Below, one piece after another: positions 9,751 to 19,600 of a DNA stretch of 64,000 bases. The translations under genes and the position numbers were made by a program. This stretch comes from Candidatus Zixiibacteriota bacterium (GTDB taxonomy: Bacteria > Zixibacteria > MSB-5A5 > GN15 > PGXB01), in contig JAFGTT010000030.1 in assembly GCA_016933955.1 (NCBI GenBank), forward strand, positions 21,362-85,361, in the 5' to 3' direction. Numbering within the stretch: position 1 is the stretch's first letter; the number at the start of each line of letters is the position of its first letter. The notes under the pieces are model-generated. The model saw nothing but the letters and a program-made list of their open reading frames with translations. It was not told the origin of the DNA and ran no database searches.

Positions 9751-10396
9751 AATCTGGTCTTTCGGAATGAGTCTTACTGACGCCCTGCAACCGTTTTATC
9801 TCAGCCCGGTCAAGCGAGTTCAGCGTTCCCATTTGTCCGGCAATATATGCAATTCGGGCCAGATGTTCAACCGTTTCCATACGATTGATAGCCGTCTCCA
9901 TTGTTTTTCCCAGGGTCAGGACGCCGTGGCTTTTAAGCAGAAAGGCCTCATGGTCGGCTATATAAGGTTCCAGCGATCGAGGAACCGCGTCCGTTCCCGG
10001 CGGAGCGAAATTGGTCAACGGAATATGTCCAACCGTCAGGACGACTTCAGGAAGAATATCCCAGGGGAGCTCTTTTCCGATGACGGCAAAGGCAGTGGCA
10101 TAGACCGGATGGGCATGGCAACAGGCATTGATATCCGGGCGGCTTTCGTAAACAAACAGATGCATGGCTGTCTCGGAGGATGGTTTTCCGGTCCCGTTGA
10201 CCGGGCGACCGTCTAAATCCACCAGGACAAGATCGTTTTCCGACAAGCGCCCTTTGGAAAAACCGGATGGTGTAACCAGAATCCTGTTTTCCTCGACGCG
10301 GAGAGACAGATTACCATCGCATCCGGCAACCAATCCTTTGCGGTCCAGAAATCGGCCGAATTCGGCAATTAATTTTCGTTCGGGTTGATAATTCAT
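9743..10396 (-). CDS. Class II aldolase/adducin-family protein (L-fuculose-phosphate aldolase / methylthioribulose-1-P dehydratase-like)
   Basis: 217 aa. Metal-binding His pattern (CCHAHP ... SHGVLTLG) of the class II aldolase fold. 8 nt overlap with the upstream gene. Confidence 0.7.
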   Translation of the reverse strand: MNYQPERKLIAEFGRFLDRKGLVAGCDGNLSLRVEENRILVTPSGFSKGRLSENDLVLVDLDGRPVNGTGKPSSETAMHLFVYESRPDINACCHAHPVYATAFAVIGKELPWDILPEVVLTVGHIPLTNFAPPGTDAVPRSLEPYIADHEAFLLKSHGVLTLGKTMETAINRMETVEHLARIAYIAGQMGTLNSLDRAEIKRLQGVSKTHSERPDYD

Positions 10397-10607
10397 AATA
10401 AAACCTCATACTAAAATAAGGCAATGAAAAAGTCAATGATTCTACGCCTATATTCTCCGAAATCAGCCCCGGTTAACGTATATAATAAGGGGTTGATGGG
10501 CAAGAAGTTATTTAGCCTTTTAAATTTAAAAATGGAAACAAAAAATAATCGGGGTTGGTATAAGAGGGTAAATGATTAAAGCAAGTAAATAAAATCCAAT
10601 AATTTAA

Positions 10608-10636
10608 TTGACAAACCGTTAAATGGTTTGTATCTT
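10608..10636 (+). promoter_or_regulatory. Sigma70-type promoter for htrA (TTGACA, 17 bp spacer, TATCTT) with a palindromic spacer CAAACC-N7-GGTTTG
   Basis: Consensus -35 and a good -10 at optimal spacing ~30 nt upstream of the htrA RBS (GGAGGA). The spacer itself is a 6 bp inverted repeat, a possible operator. Confidence 0.45.
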
Positions 10637-10665
10637 GAAAAGCTGTGTTGTTTGGAGGATGAGTT

Positions 10666-12156
10666 TTGAAAAAGAGGTCGCGGTCTCTTTTGGGAACTGG
10701 TTTTCGCTATTTTTCCATCGTTTTATTCGCTGTCGTCTGTATTGTGACAGGAATAATTGTCGCCTCTAATCTTGATTTTACCAAGAAATCCGAAGCAACC
10801 ATGGCGCCCTCGCGCTATCCTGTGGTCGAGGATGAAAGCGGCGAAAGTACCTCACCCTTTGTCGAAGTGGTCAACCGGGTGAAGGATGCGGTGGTCAATA
10901 TTGTTGCCGAGCAGAGCGCCGGCAACAGCTACCATGACGATCTATTCTGGCGTTTCTTCAATATTCCCCAGGAACCGACTATGTCATCCGGTTCCGGCTT
11001 CTTCTTCCGGGATGACGGTTATGTTCTGACCAATTATCATGTGGTCAAAAACGCCCAGAAAGTCGAGGTGCGAACTTCCTCGGGTTATCGCTATGATGCC
11101 AAAATTATCGGGGTTGATCCCCAAACCGACCTGGCGGTTTTGAAGGTGGAACCGCAGGAAAAGATTACTACTATATCTTTCGGCAATTCCTCGAAAATCC
11201 GGGTTGGCGAATGGGCCATTGCAATCGGGAATCCTTTCCCTCAGCAGGGATTGGATCGGACGGTTACAGTCGGGGTAATCTCAGCCAAAGGCCGGAGCAA
11301 TCTTCGTTTCGGTGATGGAACGCCGAGTTACCAGGATTATATTCAGACTGATGCCTCGATTAACCCGGGTAATTCCGGAGGACCGTTGCTGAATATCAAG
11401 GGTGAGGCGATCGGGGTTAATGCCGCTATTTCGAGCCCGACCGGGGCTTCGGTTGGAATAGGTTTTGCCATTCCGATCAATCTGGCCCGGGCGATTGTTC
11501 CCGATCTGATTGCCACGGGTAAGGCCACCCGGGGCTGGCTGGGTGTCTATCTGGCCGATGTCAATGAAGCTCAGGCCCGTCAGCAGGGATTGGATGCCGT
11601 TAAAGGAGTGTTTATTCAATCTGTTTTCGAGGGTTCGCCGGCAGCTGTGGCCGGAATTCAGACCGGAGATATTTTGCTGTCGTTTAATGGCGAGGAAATT
11701 CTCGATTCCGACCAGTTTTCGGTACTGATATCAATGGCCCAGAAAAATAAGGAATCGGAAATCGAGCTGCTTCGCAACGGAAAAAAGATAACAACCCGGG
11801 CCGAGATTGTCGACCGGGATGAATATCAAAAAGCCCATGCCTCGCAGTTTCAGGATCCCTATCAGCAGGTTACCTGGCTGGGGATGGAGTTGTTGACATA
11901 TACCGAGAATATCGCCCGCCAGATAGGTTCGGACTATTATCCGGGCGTTTTCATAAATCGCGTGGCCCGCGGCTCGCAGGCATATGTGGCCGGAGTTATG
12001 CCCGGGTCGGTGATAACGCAGGTTGACAATGTCGAGGTAAAGAATCTGGCCGACCTGCAGCAAATCGCGGAGAAACTCAAGGATCGGAATCAGGCGATTC
12101 CGTTCCTTCTGGTGGATCCCCGCGGTTCGATTGAGTATAAGGCGATTAAGCCATAG
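10666..12156 (+). CDS. htrA: Periplasmic serine endoprotease of the DegP/HtrA family with two PDZ domains
   Basis: TTG start after GGAGGA, N-terminal TM/signal. Catalytic triad motifs TNYHVV (His), DLAVLKV (Asp) and GNSGGPL (Ser). Two PDZ-like segments (GVFIQSVFEGSPAA..., GVFINRVARGSQAY...). Confidence 0.85.
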   Translation: MKKRSRSLLGTGFRYFSIVLFAVVCIVTGIIVASNLDFTKKSEATMAPSRYPVVEDESGESTSPFVEVVNRVKDAVVNIVAEQSAGNSYHDDLFWRFFNIPQEPTMSSGSGFFFRDDGYVLTNYHVVKNAQKVEVRTSSGYRYDAKIIGVDPQTDLAVLKVEPQEKITTISFGNSSKIRVGEWAIAIGNPFPQQGLDRTVTVGVISAKGRSNLRFGDGTPSYQDYIQTDASINPGNSGGPLLNIKGEAIGVNAAISSPTGASVGIGFAIPINLARAIVPDLIATGKATRGWLGVYLADVNEAQARQQGLDAVKGVFIQSVFEGSPAAVAGIQTGDILLSFNGEEILDSDQFSVLISMAQKNKESEIELLRNGKKITTRAEIVDRDEYQKAHASQFQDPYQQVTWLGMELLTYTENIARQIGSDYYPGVFINRVARGSQAYVAGVMPGSVITQVDNVEVKNLADLQQIAEKLKDRNQAIPFLLVDPRGSIEYKAIKP

Positions 12157-12201
12157 AAAAAGGGGGGCGCATATCGGAAAGCGCTCTTTTAAGGAGGTAT
12201 A

Positions 12202-13065
12202 TTGATAACTGTGGCTAAACAATCTTTAAAGTACCGCGATGAGGACAGGTCGCTCGATTTGTATCTCCGTGAAATCGGGGAAACACCTTTAATCGATGCT
12301 CAGGAAGAGGTCCGGTTGGCCAAACAAATCAAGCAGGGATCGAAAAAAGCCCTGGAAGCTCTTACAAAGGCCAATCTCCGCTTCGTCGTGTCCGTAGCCA
12401 AACAGTATCAGAATCAGGGTTTATCGCTGGCTGATTTGATCAACGAGGGGAATATCGGACTTATCAAGGCGGCCAAACGTTTTGATGAGACTCGGGGATT
12501 CAAATTTATCAGCTATGCCGTCTGGTGGATTCGGCAGGCCATATTGCAGGCCCTTGCCGAACAGAGCCGAATTGTCCGGTTACCATTGAACCGGGTCGGA
12601 ACGTTGCATAAAATCGGCAAGGTTTCCAGTTCCCTGGAGCAGGGTCTGGGAAGAGTTCCTTCACCGGATGAAATCGCCAAGGAGCTTGATTTATCGGCCG
12701 GTGAAGTTTCCGACACGCTGAAAATTTCCAACTCGCATCTGTCGCTGGATGCGCCGTTTTCGGTTTCCGAGGATAATTCTCTGATCGATATCCTTGAGGA
12801 TGAGTACCAGCCTGCGCCGGACGAGGAACTTCTGGATCAATCGCTGAAACTGGAAATCGAGAAGGCTCTCGATACTCTGACACCGAGAGAGGCCGAGGTT
12901 ATCAGCCTTTATTTCGGGTTGAATCATGAGAAGGCCCTTACCCTGGAGGATATCGGGGCACGGTTTTCGTTGACTCGCGAGAGAGTTCGTCAGATCAAAG
13001 AAAAGGCGATCCGTCGTTTGCGGCATGCTTCACGTAGCCGTTCATTGAGAGCCTATCTAAATTAA
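12202..13065 (+). CDS. RNA polymerase sigma-70 family factor, short RpoD-like (regions 1.2-4, no region 1.1), as in the primary sigma of Bacteroidetes/FCB bacteria
   Basis: 287 aa. Region 2 [18 protein letters not shown] and [10 protein letters not shown]; region 4 [29 protein letters not shown]. Start is TTG 12202 or GTG 12211. Confidence 0.8.
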   Translation: MITVAKQSLKYRDEDRSLDLYLREIGETPLIDAQEEVRLAKQIKQGSKKALEALTKANLRFVVSVAKQYQNQGLSLADLINEGNIGLIKAAKRFDETRGFKFISYAVWWIRQAILQALAEQSRIVRLPLNRVGTLHKIGKVSSSLEQGLGRVPSPDEIAKELDLSAGEVSDTLKISNSHLSLDAPFSVSEDNSLIDILEDEYQPAPDEELLDQSLKLEIEKALDTLTPREAEVISLYFGLNHEKALTLEDIGARFSLTRERVRQIKEKAIRRLRHASRSRSLRAYLN

Positions 13066-13086
13066 ACTGCGTATTTTTCAAACATC

Positions 13087-13117
13087 GAAGCCGCCGAGAT
13101 GGCGGCTTTTTTTTATC
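13087..13117. terminator. Bidirectional intrinsic terminator (GAAGCCGCC-GAGAT-GGCGGCTT plus T8)
   Basis: GC-rich hairpin followed by TTTTTTTT, between the convergent sigma-factor and membrane-protein genes. Confidence 0.55.
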
Positions 13118-14468
13118 AGGAATACCGGCGGGCCAAATATTTTTTCAGAAAATCATAGAGATTTACAAGAACAATGGAGATCAGCATGGTCCAAGCAATT
13201 TGACCGGGGAAAAACACGCGGGATCCCTGCCAGGGGTTAAAGCCAATTAAAAGAGCATAGTAAATATAGACACCTCCAAGTATTATCAGAACACGAAATT
13301 GGCGCCGGATGATCAGCACCACCATGCCTGTGAGTGATATCCAGAAATTCAGGAAATTCAGGTCATAATGATTTATTTTATGTTCCAGTTTCAATAGAAA
13401 TTGGCATTGGGGCAGTAATATTCTGTGGTAAAAATTGGTGGCGTTCAAATTATCCCAGGTTAATCCAATATACCGTCGCAGCATTGGCCCCGGGTGTTTG
13501 AAGAAAGTCTCTCTGGTTTTATCTATTTCAATATGGAATGATTCCTCCAATGATACGGCGGTGGATTCGGGGTGGCCGGTATATTCGGTGATCCATTCTC
13601 TTCTTATTTCGGCCATAGGCCGGTTTTCTATTTTTTCAAGAGATAGGGCGGCAACCTTGGCGGCGCCCATGACACCGGCGGAAGCCAGAGCGGGAATATC
13701 ATGCACCCGGTAATTTCTGATAACCCAGAAGGACATGATTAAGGTCGCAATAATGGCCGCTGTTACGAGTCTGAATACCACTGTTTTCATTTTCGCGCCG
13801 GATTTCAGCCGACGATATTGAAAATGGTAATAGGGGATTCCCATCAGGAGTATCATCAATGGCCAAAACTGGCCAATAGAACGAATCAAACCGGCCAATC
13901 CGGCAAAAAAACCGCAGATAATGAAATACCGCCACCTCATCTTCCTCAAACCCCGGACCAGGTATATTAATGAAAGAAGAAAAACAAACATGTAAACAGT
14001 ATCGGACAGGATGACAATGCTGAGGGTAATCGACGTATATGATATCACGGCCAGAATGGCCGAGAGTATAGAAATTCTATATGAATCGGTGAGCTCCATA
14101 CACAATCTGTAGATTAAAAGACATGACATGCCGGAGACAATGATTTGAAAAAGTATGTAGGGGAATAGACCTTTGCCGAAAAGCTTGAAAAACGAAGCCA
14201 GAAAATACGCAAACCCCGGTCCGAATATGAAAAAACCATGCTCGAAGCTATTTGTCCCGTTTACCAGGCTTTTGCCCATATTGACATATAGTTTGGCATC
14301 GGGAGAGGCATACATCAGGCCATCATAACCGATCTGGTTAAGACTCAAAGAAAGGAAGATGATTCTTATAATAACAGCAATGATAAAAATCAGAAGGAGG
14401 TCAAGGTGGATAATGATTAATTTTTGCCATCGGCTTGATTCGGCGGGGGTAGAATGACTGATTCGCAT
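13116..14468 (-). CDS. Polytopic membrane protein, possibly a GT-C-type glycosyltransferase (ArnT/PMT-like)
   Basis: 450 aa with ~10 predicted TM helices. An early periplasmic loop carries a D/Y-rich motif (IGYDGLMYASPDAKLY) reminiscent of GT39/83 enzymes. Weak assignment. Confidence 0.3.
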   Translation of the reverse strand: MRISHSTPAESSRWQKLIIIHLDLLLIFIIAVIIRIIFLSLSLNQIGYDGLMYASPDAKLYVNMGKSLVNGTNSFEHGFFIFGPGFAYFLASFFKLFGKGLFPYILFQIIVSGMSCLLIYRLCMELTDSYRISILSAILAVISYTSITLSIVILSDTVYMFVFLLSLIYLVRGLRKMRWRYFIICGFFAGLAGLIRSIGQFWPLMILLMGIPYYHFQYRRLKSGAKMKTVVFRLVTAAIIATLIMSFWVIRNYRVHDIPALASAGVMGAAKVAALSLEKIENRPMAEIRREWITEYTGHPESTAVSLEESFHIEIDKTRETFFKHPGPMLRRYIGLTWDNLNATNFYHRILLPQCQFLLKLEHKINHYDLNFLNFWISLTGMVVLIIRRQFRVLIILGGVYIYYALLIGFNPWQGSRVFFPGQIAWTMLISIVLVNLYDFLKKYLARRYS

Positions 14469-14643
14469 TATCTTTTAAGCGCTTGGAAATTACTAAATTA
14501 CAGTATCAAAATTTTTCCGTTGCGGCTAATCTATACTATTTCGATTTTTTAGTCAAAGGAATTGTCTGTCAGCTGAATTGGCTTATGTCATAAAAATTCA
14601 CTTGCCAAGCGGGGCAAAATTGCTATTTTAATAGCCTGTTAAT

Positions 14644-14727
14644 GCCGAAGTGGTGAAACTGGTAGACACGCTGTGTTCAGGGCGCAGTGTCCTTACGGTC
14701 GTGGGGGTTCGAATCCCCCCTTCGGCA
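14644..14727 (+). tRNA. tRNA-Leu (anticodon CAG)
   Basis: Cloverleaf read by eye: acceptor GCCGAAG/CTTCGGC, D-arm GTGGTGAAACTGGTAGACAC, anticodon stem GCTGTG/CGCAGT with loop TTCAGGG (anticodon CAG), long variable arm typical of Leu, T-arm GGGGGTTCGAATCCCCC. No encoded CCA. Confidence 0.85.
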
Positions 14728-15086
14728 TTTTTCTTTTGGTTCATGTCAGTCTTTATCAAAAAATGATGATATCCCGGGATAAACGTCATTCAGCCTATTA
14801 TCGATGAATCGGCGCGCTCCGGCGAATTGATTGCAAAAACCCCCCAGCCATGACGCTTGATGAAATATTCATTTCCCTCAATCGTTGTTCGTGAAAACCG
14901 CAAGGTATCCATAGAAGGTTCGGCATTGAATCGAATCTGGTTGATAACCGGTTGGTAGTTGTCGGACTGGCGGTCGAAAGGCGGATAGAAATAATCCATG
15001 ATGGCAGTCAATGCTGTATCAAATCAATACAAACTCAAAAACAAAAAATTGTTGCGAATTGCCGGATTTGCCGACATATTATCGGC

Positions 15087-16481
15087 ATGGATTTTCCGAT
15101 GTTTTTCCTCGACTTTTTCGGCAATCGTATCCTGATTGCCGTCATAGCCATCGTCCATGTTTTCATCAATCACCCGCTGGCCGTGGGAGCCTATCCGCTG
15201 ATAACGCTGTTGGAATGGTGGGGAGTCCGCAAAGGTAATATGGAATGGGATCGGGTGGCATATAAAGTTACTTTCGTTCTTTTTGTTGTGACGACCACGG
15301 CCGGGGCGCTGACCGGGGTAGGAATCTGGTTCTCGACCGCACTTATTGCCCCCTTTGGAATCGGTAGCCTGCTGAGAGTGTTTTTCTGGGCCTGGTTTTC
15401 CGAATGGCTGGTTTTTATCAGTGAAGTGGTTCTTATCATGGTCTATTTTCTGACCTGGAAAAGGTGGGGGCAGGGAATATGGAAAAAAGTCCATATCGGA
15501 TTCGGGGCGGCCCTGAGTGCATTTTCCTGGCTGACAATGCTGATAATTGTGGCCATTTTGGGCTTTATGATGGGTTCGGGGTCATGGCCGGTGGAGCGGA
15601 CGTTATGGTCCGGAATCGCCAATCCTCTTTATCTCCCGCAACTGCTATTCCGGACGGCCTACGCAATGGGTCTGGCCGGATTGTGTATCTGGTTTCTGCT
15701 CTTTTTCTTCACCCGGAAAGGGAGCGAACTGCGGCAAAGGATGGTCCGGTTTGTGGGGATCTGGATGCTGGCCTGGGTGGCACCGCTTGTTGTCGGATCA
15801 TGGTGGTACTGGAAGGTAGTACCCGATTCAATGAAGGACAATATTGATGTCGGCCTGTTAACCCAGCGATTTATGCAGTGGCATGAGACTCTGGCGATCA
15901 TAATGATTGTGACTATTATTGCCCTGATGCTGGCGGCTCTTTTGGGAGTTATCAAACCCAGGTACATCACCGGGTTGGTGCTGGTGATTCCGTTTATTCT
16001 GGGATTATGGCTGCTGGGGCATTTCGAACGGGTAAGAGAGTTTATTCGCAAGCCCTATGTTATCGAGGATTACATGTATTCCAACGGGGTCAAAGTTTCT
16101 GATCTGCCGGTTTTTCAGCGGGATGGGATATTGCCTTATGCCACCTTTGTTCAGAATCACCAGGTGACTTCGAGTAACAAAATCGCGGCCGGGCGGGATG
16201 TTTTCCTGGTGGCGTGTTCGCGGTGTCATACCACCCGGGGTATTAATTCGATGATGACCAAGTTCAATAACCTGTACGGTCCGGGGGAATGGGACGAAAC
16301 GGCCATGACGGCTTTTATCCAAACCATGCATAACTCGCGGACCTATATGCCGCCATTTCCCGGAAATGATAAAGAACTCGAGGCGCTGGTGGCCTATTTA
16401 AAGGATTTCCGGAAAGATCCCAGGTTTATTGTGGGGGCCCATGCCGACTGGACGGTACCGCCCGGGGATGCAACACCTTAA
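15087..16481 (+). CDS. Cytochrome bd-like (CydA-family) membrane protein fused to a C-terminal monoheme cytochrome c domain
   Basis: The N-terminal helices align by eye to E. coli CydA: IVHVFINHPLAVG (H19 region), EWWGVRKGNMEWDRVAYKVTFVLF (compare ETVYV..KDMTKFWGKLF), and KVHIGFGAAL (compare KFVHTVASGY, H186). The C-terminus carries CSRCH plus a downstream Met (YMPPFPG), i.e. class I cytochrome c. Start placed at the first ATG, which has no strong RBS. Confidence 0.5.
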   Translation: MDFPMFFLDFFGNRILIAVIAIVHVFINHPLAVGAYPLITLLEWWGVRKGNMEWDRVAYKVTFVLFVVTTTAGALTGVGIWFSTALIAPFGIGSLLRVFFWAWFSEWLVFISEVVLIMVYFLTWKRWGQGIWKKVHIGFGAALSAFSWLTMLIIVAILGFMMGSGSWPVERTLWSGIANPLYLPQLLFRTAYAMGLAGLCIWFLLFFFTRKGSELRQRMVRFVGIWMLAWVAPLVVGSWWYWKVVPDSMKDNIDVGLLTQRFMQWHETLAIIMIVTIIALMLAALLGVIKPRYITGLVLVIPFILGLWLLGHFERVREFIRKPYVIEDYMYSNGVKVSDLPVFQRDGILPYATFVQNHQVTSSNKIAAGRDVFLVACSRCHTTRGINSMMTKFNNLYGPGEWDETAMTAFIQTMHNSRTYMPPFPGNDKELEALVAYLKDFRKDPRFIVGAHADWTVPPGDATP

Positions 16482-16507
16482 TTACGGATTGAGGATGAAG
16501 CCGAATA

Positions 16508-17920
16508 ATGATCGGGTTGATACATAAAGTGTTTCTGCCGCTGGCGATTCAGGTTCCGGTCCCGCGTGACCTGGAATTGAACCTGCCGCTGGGAGATTAC
16601 GAGTTAAAGATATTACTGGTGGTGCTGTTTCTGGCGCATATCCTGTTTGTCAATATGATGGTCGGCGGTTCGGTTTTCTCGGTAATTTTCGAGATAATCG
16701 GTCTGACCAATAGGAAGTACGATGCCCTGGCCAGGAAAATCGCGGAGACCATCACGGTCAACAAGAGCCTGGCGGTGGTACTTGGAGTGGGGCCGCTTTT
16801 ATGTATCAACCTGGTATATACGACCCATTTTTATTCGGCCAACGCCATTACCGGATATGCCTGGATTTCGATCATCCCGCTGGTGACACTGGCTTTTCTG
16901 CTGGCTTATATTCATAAGTACATGTGGGACAAATGGCGGGAGAAAAACAAGCGACTGCATCTTCTGGTGGGATCATTCGCGGCCATTCTGTTCCTTTCGA
17001 TTCCCTTTATTTTTCTGGCCAATATTAACCTGATGCTGTTTCCGGAGAAATGGCCGGAAGCGGCCGGATTCTTTTCATCGCTTCGGATCGGCAATGTCTT
17101 TCCGCGCTATTTCCATTTTCTGGCGGCGTCGCTGGCCCTGACCGGGCTGTTTCTGGCCGGGTGGTTCGGCCGGAAAGGATTCGATGTGGAGAAATTCCTT
17201 CCGGAATTCACCCGCCCGCAGTTACGGCGGTTGTTTTACAGGGCGGCTTTTTATATCACTCTGGCGCAACTTCTGTTCGGCCCGCTGTTGCTTTTCACCC
17301 TGCCCTATGACGGGATCAGCATGATAATGATTATGGTCATTCTGACCGGGGTAATCATTGCCCTGGTGGTGCTTTATATTCTGAGCCGGGAAATAAGAAA
17401 TGATAATATCCGGGTTGGGCATCATTATTTACTAATCTGGGGATTTTTCGGGCTGGTGGTGCTGGCGATGGGTACCGGACGGCATATTTACCGCGAAACC
17501 TGTTTGAATGACCACAAACAATTAATGGCCGATGAGACGGCCCGTTTTCGGGCCATTGAGACGGCGACACGGATGAGTATCGAGGCCGGATATGGAGCCG
17601 GAGAAGCGGTCGGTGGGGGAATGACGGGGGAAAAGGTGTTCCGCAACTGCGCGGCCTGCCATGCGGTCGATAAAGTCCTGGCGGCACCATCGCTGAGGGA
17701 GGTTTATTCCATTTACAAGGGCAATCCGGAAGGAATTGTTAAATGGGCATCGAATCCGGGGAAGAAGCGTCCGGAATTCGCACCGATGCCGTCTTTTGCT
17801 CATCTGGGCGAGGAGCAACTGGAAATGGTGGCGGAGTACATTCTTCAAATTGGGGCAGAAGATAATTCGGAAACAGTCGTCAAACAGCCCATATCCGATA
17901 CTACCTCAGATAAAAAATAA
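16508..17920 (+). CDS. Second cytochrome bd-like (CydA-family) membrane paralog with a C-terminal class I cytochrome c domain
   Basis: LAHILFVNMMVGGSVF resembles the CydA helix-1 His region. Multiple TM helices. C-terminal FRNCAACHAVD ... APMPSFAHLGEEQLEMVAEYI is a textbook monoheme cyt c. Located 26 nt after the previous gene. Confidence 0.45.
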   Translation: MIGLIHKVFLPLAIQVPVPRDLELNLPLGDYELKILLVVLFLAHILFVNMMVGGSVFSVIFEIIGLTNRKYDALARKIAETITVNKSLAVVLGVGPLLCINLVYTTHFYSANAITGYAWISIIPLVTLAFLLAYIHKYMWDKWREKNKRLHLLVGSFAAILFLSIPFIFLANINLMLFPEKWPEAAGFFSSLRIGNVFPRYFHFLAASLALTGLFLAGWFGRKGFDVEKFLPEFTRPQLRRLFYRAAFYITLAQLLFGPLLLFTLPYDGISMIMIMVILTGVIIALVVLYILSREIRNDNIRVGHHYLLIWGFFGLVVLAMGTGRHIYRETCLNDHKQLMADETARFRAIETATRMSIEAGYGAGEAVGGGMTGEKVFRNCAACHAVDKVLAAPSLREVYSIYKGNPEGIVKWASNPGKKRPEFAPMPSFAHLGEEQLEMVAEYILQIGAEDNSETVVKQPISDTTSDKK

Positions 17921-17980
17921 TTCTGCGGATCAAGACCAACACCACGATCGGTCATTGGTATATGAATGGTTAAAATCGCG

Positions 17981-18010
17981 GACAAAATAATAACTGCCAT
18001 CAGGGCAGTT
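17981..18010. terminator. Hairpin AACTGCC-ATCAG-GGCAGTT with flanking A/T runs, probable terminator at the end of the minus-strand ACIII operon
   Basis: 7 bp stem. On the minus strand it is followed by ATTATTTTGT. Sits in the 130 bp gap between convergent operons. Confidence 0.35.
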
Positions 18011-18050
18011 ACCGAAGTCGAAGATTTCTCGGCGCTATTAAAAAATCAGA

Positions 18051-18401
18051 TTAGTGCCTTGCGGCTTTGTCCTTCTTTTTCTGATAAGCTTCATCGGCCA
18101 GGATTTCCATGGCCCGCTCGATCGGAATCTGATAAATTCCTCCGGCCGAATCAAGTAACTTGTAGGTTGTTAGAATCTCGCTTTCATGCACCTTTAAATC
18201 CCGCAGATCGGTTGAACTGGGGCTTAGCACCCGGCTATAGGTTGCCTCTTCCTTGACCGCCGTAAAATAGTCAACCGCCCAGATAATGGCGGCCACAAAA
18301 ACCGTTACGGCCACAATCCCCCAGAAAATAACTTTTTTCACGCTGGCTTCGCCTTTGTCATAGCCGGGTTCGGAATTGGATGTGATATCGCTATCGGACA
18401 T
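18051..18401 (-). CDS. Small single-TM protein at the distal end of the ACIII operon (possible accessory ActG-like subunit)
   Basis: 116 aa, one TM helix (VIFWGIVAVTVFVAAIIWAV). Separated by only 9 nt from actF. Assignment is by position only. Confidence 0.35.
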   Translation of the reverse strand: MSDSDITSNSEPGYDKGEASVKKVIFWGIVAVTVFVAAIIWAVDYFTAVKEEATYSRVLSPSSTDLRDLKVHESEILTTYKLLDSAGGIYQIPIERAMEILADEAYQKKKDKAARH

Positions 18402-18410
18402 TGACTTTCC

Positions 18411-19595
18411 TCAATGATTGATAAAGTGTATTGATTTTTCCAAATCCGGATCACCAACCGGAACCAGAGGATGAGTGGTGGTTTTTCTCCAGAATATCCA
18501 GAAGAATACCCCGCCCAGGCCGATCACGGCCGTCAGATCAATCCATGACAGGCCAAATCCGGATTGGTGCAGAGTCGGTATGACGATCCAGTAAATGTCC
18601 ACCCAGTGCATGATCAGAATCCAGAATCCGATCAGCAACAGCATTGCCCGGTTTCGCTTAACTGCCTGGGGAAAGAGAAAGAAGAAGGGGAACACAAAAT
18701 GCCCGAAAACAAGAACCAGAGAGATTATTTTCCATGAGCCTTCCCAGCGGTGCAACATCCAGATCGTCTCCTCGGGAATATTGCCGTACCAGATCAGGAA
18801 GTACTGCGAAAAAGCCATATATCCCCAGAAAACGGTGAACGCAAACATCAGTTTACCCAAATCATGATAATGTTCCGGGGTTATGATTGCATCAAGAATG
18901 CCGTGACGGTGGAAAAGCATAACAATGACGGTTAACATGGCCAGCAGGGCCAGCAGGCCCCCGGAGAAAATGTAAACACCGAAAATAGTCGAATACCAGT
19001 GTGGTTCAAGCGACATCATCCAATCGAATGATGAAAAGGTCAGGGTAATGGCAAAAAGGATAATCCCGACAGCTCCGGCAACTTTGAATTTACGGGTCTG
19101 TTCCGGATGATAACCGGCATCCTGGGCCAGCGACAGGCGGTAAAGATAAACGGTCAGAATAATCCAGACGGCAAAATAAACAATGGCCCGGATAATAAAG
19201 AAACTCACATTGAGATAACCGGCCTTGGCCTGGAGCAGATGGTCCCCGGCGACGATTTCGGGATGGCTCCAGTGAAAGACATGGTGAATCCCCGGAAGCA
19301 CCGGAATAAAGAAAAGAGCCATAATCGGGATGACGGCCATAATATTTTCAGAGAGCCGCCGTAGAACAACACTCCATCTGGCACCGACCAGGTGATGAAG
19401 CATGGTAAAAAAGAGCCCGCCAAGAGCGATTGACAACCAGAATATGTACGCGGTTAAATAAGAGAAATAGAATTGATCGCTGTTGACTAAATATCCGATT
19501 GCGGTCAGGATCAATCCCGAAACCGCCAGAAAAGCCGCAATTTTCCCGGTGTTACCGGCGGTAGTCAGACGGTATGTTTGGCGGTTGAATTCCAT
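18411..19595 (-). CDS. actF: Alternative complex III subunit ActF (NrfD/PsrC-like polytopic membrane subunit)
   Basis: 394 aa, ~10 TM helices. NrfD-like. Last large gene in an actABCDEF-ordered cluster. Confidence 0.7.
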   Translation of the reverse strand: MEFNRQTYRLTTAGNTGKIAAFLAVSGLILTAIGYLVNSDQFYFSYLTAYIFWLSIALGGLFFTMLHHLVGARWSVVLRRLSENIMAVIPIMALFFIPVLPGIHHVFHWSHPEIVAGDHLLQAKAGYLNVSFFIIRAIVYFAVWIILTVYLYRLSLAQDAGYHPEQTRKFKVAGAVGIILFAITLTFSSFDWMMSLEPHWYSTIFGVYIFSGGLLALLAMLTVIVMLFHRHGILDAIITPEHYHDLGKLMFAFTVFWGYMAFSQYFLIWYGNIPEETIWMLHRWEGSWKIISLVLVFGHFVFPFFFLFPQAVKRNRAMLLLIGFWILIMHWVDIYWIVIPTLHQSGFGLSWIDLTAVIGLGGVFFWIFWRKTTTHPLVPVGDPDLEKSIHFINH

Positions 19596-19600
19596 ATGGC

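Noticed and set aside
12509-13026. Three overlapping minus-strand ORFs inside the sigma-factor gene
   Set aside because: All lie antisense within a gene with unmistakable sigma-70 region 2/4 motifs. No RBS.
14468-14952. tRNA-Leu as an integration site for a mobile element
   Set aside because: No integrase, no direct repeat of the tRNA 3' end and no compositional shift seen downstream.
14790-15011. 73 aa minus-strand ORF between the tRNA-Leu and the first bd-like gene
   Set aside because: Starts with TTG without an RBS. No motifs. It overlaps the likely promoter region of the plus-strand bd-like gene. Could be real, but there is no supporting evidence.
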